In this document: piece after piece, positions 38,218 to 48,112 of the stretch
Numbering within the stretch: the first letter of the stretch is position 1
Layout of the letters: the number at the start of each line of letters is the position of its first letter
Assembly (NCBI GenBank): GCA_035291665.1
Contig: DATDRP010000006.1
Span: 9,786 to 73,785 of the forward strand
Direction of reading: 5' to 3'
Source: Patescibacteria group bacterium
Lineage (GTDB): Bacteria > Patescibacteriota > Microgenomatia > UBA8517
DNA: 64,000 nt
Made by a program: the position numbers and the translations under genes
The notes under the pieces: model-generated
Told to the model about the DNA's origin: nothing
Database searches by the model: none
The model's input: the letters and a program-made list of their open reading frames with translations, nothing else

Positions 38218-38568
38218 TCAGCTGTTGCGTCTCAGGATGTATATCTCAGCGGTTATTGCTATTCCAGCAAGAAGAAAAAAATTAACCAAATGTCCAAGTT
38301 CAAAATAACGAAGTACCAAAAATATTAATAAAACAATCGCTCCCAATAGTCCTCTTCTAGTGTTGGCAAAAACGATAGATAGTGTAAAAAATATAGCAAA
38401 AAAAATATTTATAAAAAACAAAAAGATTGCCCAAGTAGCAAAAGGATCCACCCAGTAAATAATTGAAAAAACACCTAACCACAAAAGGAGGGTGACTATT
38501 AGCGTCGGGAGAAAGTTTTTCCTCAGCTTAACTTCCGTTTTACGGTGTTTGATCTTCCCGTTCATCAA
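38218..38568 (-). CDS. Small membrane protein
   Basis: About 4 hydrophobic segments; NTRRG. Confidence 0.65.
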   Translation of the reverse strand: MMNGKIKHRKTEVKLRKNFLPTLIVTLLLWLGVFSIIYWVDPFATWAIFLFFINIFFAIFFTLSIVFANTRRGLLGAIVLLIFLVLRYFELGHLVNFFLLAGIAITAEIYILRRNS

Positions 38569-38677
38569 AATATACTCCTCTAACTTGAATTCACATTCTT
38601 ATGTTAGAGATTATATATACAAAATTCTATTTACAATAAGCAAATTGAAGTATTTTGAACGCTGTATAATATATCTA

Positions 38678-39634
38678 ATGGAAAATTACCTTTTAATAGC
38701 AATATTAATTGTGGGTTTTGGACTGGTTATTTATTTTATTAATAAAAAACTTACCGAACTTGCTGAAAAACAAAAACCCTCGAGTGACCTACTGGAGTAT
38801 CTGAGAAGTACAAATACACGTCTTGACCAGCAGGGTCAGGCATTCAACCAGAGGCTTGATAACGCTGCGAAAGTGATCGGCGATGTGCAGAAAAACATAG
38901 GCGAGATGAGTGAAATCGGCCGTGGCATGAAGGAGCTGCAGGAATTTTTGAAAAGCCCAAAACTTAGGGGAAATATCGGGGAGCAGGTTCTCAACGAACT
39001 ATTAACGCAAATGCTACCCAAAGCTTCGTTCAATCTTCAATACACTTTCAGGTCAGGTGATAAAGTTGACGCAGCAATAAAAACATCGGCAGGCATCATC
39101 CCAGTTGACTCTAAATTTCCAATGGAGAACTACAGAAAACAGGCGGCCAGTAAGAGTGACGAGGAACGATTACATGCACTACGGGATTTTGAAAGCGATG
39201 TCAAAAAACACGTTGACGATATTAGCAGGAAATATATCCTAACCAACGAGGGGACAATCGATTATGCTCTTATGTATGTCCCAAGCGAAGCGGTTTATTA
39301 TGAAATAGTAAACAATCCCAAGCTTTTTGAATATGCAGGAGGCAAACGCGTACTCCCCGTCTCCCCCACTACTTTTTATGCATATCTGAAAGCAATTTTA
39401 ATGAGCTTTGAAGGTCAAAAAATTGAAAGTCAGGCAAAAGAAATTTTGGCGAGTCTCCGGGCAGTCCAGAAAGACTATGAAAAAGTAAGCGGAAGTTTGG
39501 ATGTTTTACAAAAACATATGACGAATGCTTATAACATGATGGGAAATGTTGTGAATGTTTTTTCGCAACTGGGACAAAAAATATCTTCAGCCAGATCGCT
39601 TTCTCCTAGCAAAAAAGATGAGATAGAGGTTTGA
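38678..39634 (+). CDS. rmuC: DNA recombination protein RmuC
   Basis: PKLRGNIGE, IPVDSKFP, DYALMYVPSEAVY, VSPTT; TATAAT 7 nt before ATG 38678. Confidence 0.92.
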   Translation: MENYLLIAILIVGFGLVIYFINKKLTELAEKQKPSSDLLEYLRSTNTRLDQQGQAFNQRLDNAAKVIGDVQKNIGEMSEIGRGMKELQEFLKSPKLRGNIGEQVLNELLTQMLPKASFNLQYTFRSGDKVDAAIKTSAGIIPVDSKFPMENYRKQAASKSDEERLHALRDFESDVKKHVDDISRKYILTNEGTIDYALMYVPSEAVYYEIVNNPKLFEYAGGKRVLPVSPTTFYAYLKAILMSFEGQKIESQAKEILASLRAVQKDYEKVSGSLDVLQKHMTNAYNMMGNVVNVFSQLGQKISSARSLSPSKKDEIEV

Positions 39635-39783
39635 GACCCATTGGATTTGACGTGTTCAACATTCTTCTTTAATCTATTAGATAGATTCAATATAGAATGT
39701 TTGGAATTATACTAATTGGGAATAGGAGTTTGTTTAGAAATTAGTAATTAGATATTAGAAATTTTCCGAAAGGAGGTGAGATT

Positions 39784-40350
39784 ATGCTATCAAAAGTAGT
39801 TGAAGAGATTTCAGATACAATTACGGCAGCAATTAAGGGAGCTGATGACATTTTAACTTCGCTTCGAACAGCAGTCAAAAATCAAGTTGGCGGTTCTTTG
39901 AAAGATGTTGGAGAACTAACAGGTACAACAATGGGTGTTGTTTCCGATACCGTTGCGGCGGCTCTTAAAAGCGCATCAACGATGGGAACTTCGGTTGTAG
40001 ACGCAACGAAACAGGCAGTAATGGGAGCGGTTAGTGCAGTTGCAGATGCGGGAGGAAGTGTTGTTGATGCTGTTAATACCTCAGTATCAGGAGCTGTAAA
40101 AGCTGCAGGTGATGTCGGAGGTGATGTTGGTAAAATAGCTGTATCAGCTGTAGAAGGAGCGATTGATTCTGTTGGAAAGCTTGGAAAAGACACATCTGAA
40201 GCAGCTGGAGCTGCAGTTATGTCTGCACTTAAAGCTGCGGAAGGAATCGGGGATGAATCAGCAAGGACTGTTCGTCAAGCATTAATGTCTGCAGCATCTC
40301 TTCCAAGGGATGTTGTTGAAAGAGTATTGAAGGGAAGCAAAGACGCGTAA
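39784..40350 (+). CDS. Ala/Val/Gly-rich amphipathic 22-aa repeat protein
   Basis: Repeats such as SVVDATKQAVMGAVSAVADAGG / SVVDAVNTSVSGAVKAAGDVGG; strong AAGGAGGTGA SD. Confidence 0.8.
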   Translation: MLSKVVEEISDTITAAIKGADDILTSLRTAVKNQVGGSLKDVGELTGTTMGVVSDTVAAALKSASTMGTSVVDATKQAVMGAVSAVADAGGSVVDAVNTSVSGAVKAAGDVGGDVGKIAVSAVEGAIDSVGKLGKDTSEAAGAAVMSALKAAEGIGDESARTVRQALMSAASLPRDVVERVLKGSKDA

Positions 40351-40357
40351 ATTTAGA

Positions 40358-40792
40358 TTATATTTTAATCGTTTGGATTTGTTTAACGCTGATCCAGGCT
40401 GACATAGCGCCATATCCTTTTTTATTTATATTGAAAGGTTTAGTTTTTTGCGGAGACTTAAGATATATTAGTAAACAATATTTTGCGTTTCTTACCCTAT
40501 TGTAAACACTCTCATAATCAGTTATTGCAATTCCGTCAGAATGGCCGAACTTTGTCAGAATATTTTTGATTTCAATTGCGTTCAGGTTTTCAATTTCAAT
40601 AACTTTGGAAACTTTTGCTTTTGCTGAAATAGAACCTCCTGAATTTTTAAAGTAAATAGTGTCGCCCTTTTTTACTCTTCCCCAGGGAATTGATTTTCGT
40701 ACACTCCAGCGCGATTCGATTTTTTTCTCTCCGGAGATAATCTTGGGAATCATTCCCCATGATTTTTTCATAATTGCGACATGTGTAGTCAT
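40358..40792 (-). CDS. ASCH/PUA-domain protein
   Basis: HVAIM, IISGEKKIESR, VKKGDTIYFK; TATAAT 6 nt before ATG 40792. Confidence 0.85.
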   Translation of the reverse strand: MTTHVAIMKKSWGMIPKIISGEKKIESRWSVRKSIPWGRVKKGDTIYFKNSGGSISAKAKVSKVIEIENLNAIEIKNILTKFGHSDGIAITDYESVYNRVRNAKYCLLIYLKSPQKTKPFNINKKGYGAMSAWISVKQIQTIKI

Positions 40793-40851
40793 GAAGCAAT
40801 TATATGAAGCTCCACTGGCTGACGCCACTGGTAACATCTGCTCTAGCTTCG

Positions 40852-40928
40852 CCTGCCTACCGGCAAGGCAGGTTCATCCACTAGCTTATGGTTCGACAAC
40901 GCTTACCATCCTGAGTATGTCGAAGGAT
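40852..40928. repeat. Cluster of REP-like palindromes
   Basis: cctgcct-accggca-aggcagg (40852-40872) and ttcgaca...tgtcgaa (40892-40924). Confidence 0.65.
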
Positions 40929-41067
40929 GCTCATGGTTTTATGCGAAGGAGGATGGAGGAGTGCTAAGTTAGAATGTAGTAGGAAATGCTGAATGGGTTC
41001 TTTTTATTAAACTCACTCAGAGAAAGTGATAAGCTTATTATAGGAGTGATAACGCCTATAACTAAGT

Positions 41068-44000
41068 ATGGTTTGTTTAAAGCAATTGTATATAAATTAC
41101 CGACTCGATTCTAGAGAAAATAAAGTTGTCCAGCAAAAATTCCGTGTGAATTTACTTCTTTCTTTTATTTTCGCTTTTTTTATGTTCTTAGTTTACCCAA
41201 CTTCAACTTTAGCAACAAACTACTATGTGGATGCTACAAATGGTGATGACAATGATAACGGTACTTCAACCGATACTCCCTGGCAGACGATCAATAAAGT
41301 AAACATTTCGAGTTTCAGTGCAGGGGACCAGATTCTGTTTAAGAAAGGCGAAATATGGAGAGAACAATTGACGGTTCCTTCAAGCGGTACTGCCGGAAAT
41401 CCAATTGTCTTTGGGGCTTACAGTAGCGGGGTAAACCCGATTATTAATGGTTCAGACGTTGTATCTTCATGGACTGCAGACATTGCCAGTTATCAAACAA
41501 CTTTTGATATGGATGGATGGGGTTGCTGGGGTAACTACAGTACGGCTTCAGATGCAAGTGGGGTGACTTATAGGACTTCATTTCTTCAATCTGCTTTTTC
41601 CGGTTCTTCTATAAGAATTACTGTTAAAGCGGCAGCGGGTGGAAGCGTAACAATTGATAATTCTTCAGTGTGCATAGCAAATGGTGGGTGGAATGATTGC
41701 GACTCTACACCTACGAGAATTACATGGGATGGGGGAAATAATAGTGCGACAATTTCAGCAGGAGCTTCCAAAACGAGCGACCCAATTACTTTCTCTTGGA
41801 GCACCTCTAATATTAATGCTGTCAGTGTTTATGTTTCCTCTGGCAGTTTAGTTGGATATTATAGTACCGTTCCTGCTTATCTATATAGATATACCTACAC
41901 TGGGGATGTCGCTTTGAATCAGAATATGTTGGGTGATGAAAATCAGATAAATGATAGCGAGATTTTGAAAGTTGAAACATCTACAGGTTTAGCTAATGTT
42001 TGGAATGCGACGGTTGCAGATACACCAAATCAGGTTTTCAAAGACGGAGTGCTTGCCACAAAAGGAGCCTCCAAGGCCGCTTTAACACAAAGTCAATGGT
42101 ATGCTTCAGGGACAACTCTTTCTTATTATGAAAGTGCCGGTAATCCCGGCAGTCAGGCTTACGCGATAGAAGCTTCTACAAGAGATTATGGAATTTATTT
42201 CAACGGTCAAAATAAGATTACGGTAGATGGATTGACAGTAACAAAAGCCAATTTGTACGGGATAAATATTGGACACGATTCAAGCCACACCTTAGACAAC
42301 GCAATTGTTCAAAATTCACTCGTCCAATACAGTTATGACGCCGGTATTTTTTCTTGGGTCCCAACATCTTTAAACGGGTCTTTGGCAGCAACAATCCTGA
42401 ATAATGAAGTATCTTATAATGCGATCCAAGATGGAATAGACGGCGGAAACGCGCCTACTGGTATAGAAATACTCGGCTCTAACTCAACCGGACCTACGCT
42501 AGTTCAGGGAAATAATATCCACCACAACTATTGGGGAATGGAATTTGACCAGAATTCCGATCATTCGACTGCGCAATACAACAGTATTCACGATAATAAT
42601 AAGATGGGGATGAATATCGACAATTCGGATAACAACACGTTCCAATATAATCTGGTCTATAATCACCCTGTCAGTTGGGGGTTGAGAATATGGGATGCCG
42701 CTGCGAATGGGATGACGGGCAATGTTGTCTATAATAATGTCTTTTATGGCAATTCTATCGGCATCATTGTTGAGAACGAACAAACAAACCTGAAAATAAA
42801 AAATAATATTCTCCTTGCTAACACCGCCAACACAAGTACCAGCGAGATAACCCTTGAAAGTGGCCATACATATACCGGACTTGATATTGACTACAATTCT
42901 TATTATCGTGAATCCGGAACAACTTACTGGAAGTATGGGGCTACAAATTATTCTTTTACGGACTGGAAAACTAATTCAGGTCAAGATGCTAATTCCGTAA
43001 ATTCTGACCCGTTATTTACCGACGCTACCGGATATGATTTTACATTACAATCCGTTTCTCCCGTCATTAATAGTGGAACTGATGTCAGTTTAACAACTGA
43101 TTATGCAGGAACAATCGTACCACAGGGTACTACACCTGACATTGGAGCATATGAATTTTCACTGCCCTCTAGCGCTTCTTCTTTGTTACAGTATCAGTCT
43201 GATGGAACAAGTTCGATTTCCACCGGTGGAAAACTCGGGAGTGGCTCAACCGTTGTCCTTAAATCTAGCATGTCATCTGCCAATAGTTCAGACTCGTTAA
43301 CACCGCAGTTTGAGGTCAGACCGGTTGGAACTGCTTTTTCCAATAGTGCTACCCATTTAGGCAATGCAATTTCATATTCAGGAACTTCTGTTATAGGAAA
43401 CGTCACTGTTTCCGGACTTGGAGCAGGAAATTATCATTGGCAAGCTAGAGTAGATAATCCCGCCGGCCAATCTTCCTGGGTATCATACGGAGGAAATTCG
43501 GAAGATGCAACCGATTTTTCGATTGATTATTCAATTGCTTCTCCAGCACCTTGTAACGATTCTGCTCCCACATCTGCACCCTGGCTTTACGCGGCTACTG
43601 TAAAAGGAAAGGATGCTATTTTACTTCAGTTTACTCAGGCTAAAGACCCAGTTAGTGAATATGTTGTGGAATACGGGGAAGAGTCAGGAAAATATGTATA
43701 CGCCATGGCAGACATAGGCGGAAAAGGCACTACTTCATACACTGTAGGTTATTTACAACCTAACAAAATTTTTTATTTCAGAGTTCGAGCAGGGAACGGG
43801 TGTGCAACAGGTCTTTGGTCAAACGAGATATCAGCTAAAACTCTTTCCGGTTCTTCCACTGCATCTAATGATGAAGGATTAGAAACTGAAATTATTGAAA
43901 CTGAAATTAGGGAAAGAGAAGTAGAGGAAAGTAACGAAGAAATTAAAAAAGAAGAGCAACCGGAAGTTTTGGGGGTTGATGTGAGATTAAAAGTTGTTAA

Positions 44001-44337
44001 CGAAGAAAAAGAACCTATAAAAGGAGCGAAAGTAACACTATATTCAGAACCTAGGGAAGTAACAACAAACAAAGACGGCATTTCATTATTTGAAAATGTA
44101 GAACCAGGAGACCATAAAGTTGTCATTGCCTACAACGGTCAAACCGGAGAACAGAATATAAACATCCAAGATGATTCAGGTATCGAGGAAGTAGATTTTA
44201 CAATTCAGCTTAACACAACCTCCCCTTTTAAAGATTCTAAGGTAATTGCGGTGGTATCTTTCTTGGTTCTGGTGGTAATAGTATTGGTGATACTGTTTGC
44301 AAAAAAATCTTCAAATAAAAAACCTGCCAAGTTATAA
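41068..44337 (+). CDS. Large surface protein: parallel beta-helix, FN3, carboxypeptidase-regulatory-like domain and C-terminal TM
   Basis: TNYYVDATNG...GDQILFKKG, Asn-rich PbH1 repeats, PDIGAYE, FYFRVRAGNGC, PIKGAKVTLYS. Confidence 0.85.
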   Translation: MVCLKQLYINYRLDSRENKVVQQKFRVNLLLSFIFAFFMFLVYPTSTLATNYYVDATNGDDNDNGTSTDTPWQTINKVNISSFSAGDQILFKKGEIWREQLTVPSSGTAGNPIVFGAYSSGVNPIINGSDVVSSWTADIASYQTTFDMDGWGCWGNYSTASDASGVTYRTSFLQSAFSGSSIRITVKAAAGGSVTIDNSSVCIANGGWNDCDSTPTRITWDGGNNSATISAGASKTSDPITFSWSTSNINAVSVYVSSGSLVGYYSTVPAYLYRYTYTGDVALNQNMLGDENQINDSEILKVETSTGLANVWNATVADTPNQVFKDGVLATKGASKAALTQSQWYASGTTLSYYESAGNPGSQAYAIEASTRDYGIYFNGQNKITVDGLTVTKANLYGINIGHDSSHTLDNAIVQNSLVQYSYDAGIFSWVPTSLNGSLAATILNNEVSYNAIQDGIDGGNAPTGIEILGSNSTGPTLVQGNNIHHNYWGMEFDQNSDHSTAQYNSIHDNNKMGMNIDNSDNNTFQYNLVYNHPVSWGLRIWDAAANGMTGNVVYNNVFYGNSIGIIVENEQTNLKIKNNILLANTANTSTSEITLESGHTYTGLDIDYNSYYRESGTTYWKYGATNYSFTDWKTNSGQDANSVNSDPLFTDATGYDFTLQSVSPVINSGTDVSLTTDYAGTIVPQGTTPDIGAYEFSLPSSASSLLQYQSDGTSSISTGGKLGSGSTVVLKSSMSSANSSDSLTPQFEVRPVGTAFSNSATHLGNAISYSGTSVIGNVTVSGLGAGNYHWQARVDNPAGQSSWVSYGGNSEDATDFSIDYSIASPAPCNDSAPTSAPWLYAATVKGKDAILLQFTQAKDPVSEYVVEYGEESGKYVYAMADIGGKGTTSYTVGYLQPNKIFYFRVRAGNGCATGLWSNEISAKTLSGSSTASNDEGLETEIIETEIREREVEESNEEIKKEEQPEVLGVDVRLKVVNEEKEPIKGAKVTLYSEPREVTTNKDGISLFENVEPGDHKVVIAYNGQTGEQNINIQDDSGIEEVDFTIQLNTTSPFKDSKVIAVVSFLVLVVIVLVILFAKKSSNKKPAKL

Positions 44338-44422
44338 GATATAAGGGGATATTCCCCCAACAGGAGAATACTCTAACACGATCCATAAATATATTATATC
44401 TTTAATGTTAGAATTGGTGACG

Positions 44423-47400
44423 ATGGATGGTGAGAAAAAATTAAACAAAGAACAACTTGAAGCAATAAAGTATAATCCGCCGGCCGGCGGTGGACCTCTT
44501 CTTATAATTGCAGGAGCAGGGACAGGAAAGACCACTGTTGTTACTGAACGAATAAAATACCTTATCCAAAAAAAGCTGGCAAAATCTTCGGAAATCTTAG
44601 CTCTCACCTTTACTGAAAAAGCAAGCGCCGAAATGCAGGAAAGGGTTGATGTTGCTCTCCCCTATGGATATATACAAATGTGGATTTCAACTTTCCATTC
44701 TTTTTGCGACCGGATACTTCGAAGAGAAGCTCTCCATATCGGACTTAATCCCGCATACAAATTGAATACCCAAGCCGAGTCAATAGCGTTTGTCAGAAAA
44801 AATTTATTTAACCCGCCTGCCGGACGGAATAGGTTTGAGCTTAATTATTTCCGCCCATTGGGGAATCCAAACAAATTTGTTGAAGGGATGTTAACCCATT
44901 TTTCAAGACTCCAAGATGAAGACATAAACCCAAGCGAATATCTCGCTTGGGTAAAAGCACAAAGTAAAAAGAGATCCCAAAAAAAGGTTCATGCCTCACA
45001 AGGCATGAAGTCTTTACGGGATGACTCAGCTGGTTTTGAAAGTTTACCATCTGAGTCAAAAGAGATTGAAAAATGGGAAGAGTTGGCAAATGCTTATAAG
45101 GTTTATGAGAAATTAAAAGCTGAAGAAGGCGTGATGGATTTTGGTGATTTGATTACCAATACATTGAAACTTTTTCGTTCCCGACCTAACGTTTTGGCGG
45201 AATACAAAAAGCAATTTAAATATATTCTTGTTGATGAGTTCCAGGATACTAATATTGCTCAATACGAACTTCTGAAACTTCTTGCTCCACCGTCAAAAAC
45301 CGCAAATCTCAATGTTGTGGGAGATGACTCACAATCAATTTACAAGTTCAGAGGTGCTGCAATTTCAAATATTTTATATTTTCAAAAGGACTATAAGAAT
45401 GCCAAAACTATAGTTCTTACGCAAAATTACCGTTCGACGCAAAAGATCCTTGATGCCTCATACAAGCTTATTCAATTTAATAACCCCGACACTCTGGAAG
45501 CGAGACTTGGGATCGATAAAAACTTAAAAAGCGCCAAAAAAAGTATAGGGGAAGATGTGATTTTTATTCATAAAGACAGGGTTGAAGACGAAGCGGAAGG
45601 CGTGGTGAGGGAAATTCAGAAGCTTACTACCCACAACCCACCACCCACAACTTATAACTATAAGGATGTTGCCATTCTTGTTCGGGCCAACAACCATTCT
45701 GATCCGTTTATTCGTGCGCTTCAAAGATATGGGATCCCCTATCAATTTTTGGGTCCGGGAAAGCTTTTCAAACAACCGGAGATAGTTGATCTTATTGCTT
45801 ACTTAAAAATTCTTTACGATTTTGAAGATAGTGTTTCGATGTATCGAATTTTATCAAATGATTATTTTGAGATAAGCGACCGGGATCTGATTAAATTAGC
45901 AAATTATGCAAGAAAGAAAAATATATCGCTTTTTGAAGCATCGGAACAGATTGCAGATGTCTATGTATCGGAAGCTTCAAAAGAGAAAATACAAGGACTT
46001 ATAGACCTTATTAGTAGAAGCCAGAAGCAAATTAAGAAATCGTCCGCCGGACAACTGCTTTACGATTTTTTAGAAAAAACCGGCATGCTGCAGGGGCTTT
46101 TGTTACCGGACGATGTCGAAGCGGATAAAAAGGCAAAAAATATTTCCAAGTTATTTGATAAGTTGAAAACCTATGAGGTTGAACACGAAGATGCATCCGT
46201 TAAGGCTATTGTTGATTGGATCGATCTTGCAAGTGAATTAGGGGAATCTCCTTTGGCAGCAGATTCCGATTGGACAGAAATTAATGCTGTCAACATCTTA
46301 ACCATTCATTCAGCAAAAGGTCTTGAGTTTCCGGTTGTTTTTTTGGTGAATCTTGTATCACAGAGATTCCCGACAATTGAAAGAAGAGAGCAGATCCCGA
46401 TTCCGGAAGGTTTGATAAAGGAATTTTTGCCGGTTGGAGATTACCATACCCAGGAAGAAAGGAGACTTTTTTATGTCGGGATGACGCGGGCAAAAGAAAA
46501 ACTGTATTTGACGGCCTCCAATTATTACGGGGAGGGAAAGCGTGAGAAAAAAATATCGCCTTTTGTTTTTGAAGCGCTTGGAGACAGCGTTCTGAAAAGC
46601 GAGCGGTCCAAAGATGATAGTCAGCAGCTAACTTTTTTGGACTACAAACCACAAGAATCAAGCTCACTACCCACTACCCACTACCCACAACCCATTCATA
46701 TCGACTATCTTTCATATTCTCAGATCGAAACTTTCCGTATTTGCCCCCTCCATTTCAAATTAAGTTATATTTACAGACTTCCAACTCCCCCCACCTCATC
46801 ACAAAGCTTCGGCAACACATTTCATCAAACTATGAAAAGTTTTTACGAAAAAATTAAAGAAGGAGCAAAACCTTCGAAGTCTTTGATGGAAAAAACTCTG
46901 ACTGAGCACTGGATTAATGAGGGCTATTTGAGTAAGTCTCACGAAAAAAAATCGTACGAAAAAGCCGTATCTTTCTTACATTTTTATCTTTCGAATTATT
47001 TCAATCCGAAAAATCTTCCGGAAGCCCTGGAACAGCCGTTCTTGATACAGCTTAAAGACCAATTCGAAGGTAAATATCAATTCATAAAAATTGGCGGCAA
47101 AATCGACAGGGTAAATGTTGCTGGCGATTCATTGGAAATAATTGATTATAAAACGGGCGCAAATCCAATTACTCAAAAAGAAGCCGATACGAATTTACAG
47201 CTTTCAATCTATGCTCTTGCTGCGTCACAAATTCCGGAACTTCCTTTCGGAAAGAACCCGAAAGATGTAAAACTATCGTTAATGTATTTTGATACTCCGC
47301 AGATTGTGTCAACAACAAGATCAAGTGCTCAGTTACAGGATGCAATCAGGCAGATCTTTAGTTACAAAAAGCAGATCGAAGAGTCCGATTTCAAATGCTC

Positions 47401-47458
47401 AGGAAACATTCTTTGCGGGAACTGCGAATACAAACTCTTCTGTAAAACCGATGAGTGA
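44423..47458 (+). CDS. UvrD/PcrA-family helicase fused to PD-(D/E)XK nuclease with Fe-S cysteines (AdnB-like architecture)
   Basis: AGAGTGKT, VDEFQD, TIHSAKGLEF, EERRLFYVGMTRA; LSYSQI...CP, GKIDRV, IIDYKTG, QLSIYA, terminal Cys cluster. Confidence 0.92.
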   Translation: MDGEKKLNKEQLEAIKYNPPAGGGPLLIIAGAGTGKTTVVTERIKYLIQKKLAKSSEILALTFTEKASAEMQERVDVALPYGYIQMWISTFHSFCDRILRREALHIGLNPAYKLNTQAESIAFVRKNLFNPPAGRNRFELNYFRPLGNPNKFVEGMLTHFSRLQDEDINPSEYLAWVKAQSKKRSQKKVHASQGMKSLRDDSAGFESLPSESKEIEKWEELANAYKVYEKLKAEEGVMDFGDLITNTLKLFRSRPNVLAEYKKQFKYILVDEFQDTNIAQYELLKLLAPPSKTANLNVVGDDSQSIYKFRGAAISNILYFQKDYKNAKTIVLTQNYRSTQKILDASYKLIQFNNPDTLEARLGIDKNLKSAKKSIGEDVIFIHKDRVEDEAEGVVREIQKLTTHNPPPTTYNYKDVAILVRANNHSDPFIRALQRYGIPYQFLGPGKLFKQPEIVDLIAYLKILYDFEDSVSMYRILSNDYFEISDRDLIKLANYARKKNISLFEASEQIADVYVSEASKEKIQGLIDLISRSQKQIKKSSAGQLLYDFLEKTGMLQGLLLPDDVEADKKAKNISKLFDKLKTYEVEHEDASVKAIVDWIDLASELGESPLAADSDWTEINAVNILTIHSAKGLEFPVVFLVNLVSQRFPTIERREQIPIPEGLIKEFLPVGDYHTQEERRLFYVGMTRAKEKLYLTASNYYGEGKREKKISPFVFEALGDSVLKSERSKDDSQQLTFLDYKPQESSSLPTTHYPQPIHIDYLSYSQIETFRICPLHFKLSYIYRLPTPPTSSQSFGNTFHQTMKSFYEKIKEGAKPSKSLMEKTLTEHWINEGYLSKSHEKKSYEKAVSFLHFYLSNYFNPKNLPEALEQPFLIQLKDQFEGKYQFIKIGGKIDRVNVAGDSLEIIDYKTGANPITQKEADTNLQLSIYALAASQIPELPFGKNPKDVKLSLMYFDTPQIVSTTRSSAQLQDAIRQIFSYKKQIEESDFKCSGNILCGNCEYKLFCKTDE

Positions 47459-47473
47459 TTTTGTAACTATGAA

Positions 47474-48007
47474 TTAAGGAGTAGGAGTCGGTGTGGGAAT
47501 ATTGTACCAATCACCGGGATCTATATTTTCAGCTGTTTGGCCGGAAGAAACCGAAACAACGATTGGTTCATGAGACTTGCAGGTAGCTTTTAGTCCGCAA
47601 GTTACAAATTCGGAAAAGTATGCTTTGTAGGAATCTCCCGGTCTTTTGGAAAAAACAAGATAACTGCCGACCGGAACTTCGAGCTTGTAACCAACCCGGT
47701 AAGTATATTCCGGTGAGTTTATTCTTTCCTGCGTACAATATTCGTTTTCGGTTAAGGCATTTTGAGCACACACTTCCACGTCCTCGGGAATTACTTCTGA
47801 AGGAAAACTCATTGATCCGGTTATAAAACCCGTAGTTGGGGAAATGCTTTGTGTCGGTGTCGCTTTAACGCCTTCGGTTGGCGTTACTTCGGATGTATCA
47901 ATTACTTCGGAAACGCTCCTTTTGGAATTTTTACCAAGCAAGTATGCACCAATCCCGGTTCCGATCATTATCAGTACTAACAAGATGACAACAAGAAACT
48001 TTTTCAT
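47474..48007 (-). CDS. Membrane-anchored hypothetical protein with Pro/Thr linker and Cys-containing domain
   Basis: N-terminal TM, TPT repeats, ITGSMSFPSE, four cysteines. Confidence 0.7.
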   Translation of the reverse strand: MKKFLVVILLVLIMIGTGIGAYLLGKNSKRSVSEVIDTSEVTPTEGVKATPTQSISPTTGFITGSMSFPSEVIPEDVEVCAQNALTENEYCTQERINSPEYTYRVGYKLEVPVGSYLVFSKRPGDSYKAYFSEFVTCGLKATCKSHEPIVVSVSSGQTAENIDPGDWYNIPTPTPTP

Positions 48008-48112
48008 TTTCGTATTAACTATTTACATTAATTAGTGGCGGCTTGTCAAATATTTTTCTTTGCGACGAATATTGAAAGAATATATTTGTAATCAATGAAG
48101 ACCTCTAATTTT

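Noticed and set aside
39646-39660. Extra copy of spacer family 1 after rmuC (tttgacgtgttcaa)
   Set aside because: Short match needing a gap; could be chance. If real it would favour the recombination-site model over the hydrolase-tail model.
41025-41060. agtgataa direct repeat and tatagg/cctata hairpin upstream of the large surface protein
   Set aside because: Too short to distinguish from chance and not repeated elsewhere in the window.
44423-47458. Cas4-like or defence-system interpretation of the Fe-S nuclease domain
   Set aside because: The domain is fused to a full UvrD helicase as in repair helicase-nucleases; no cas or defence partner genes are adjacent.
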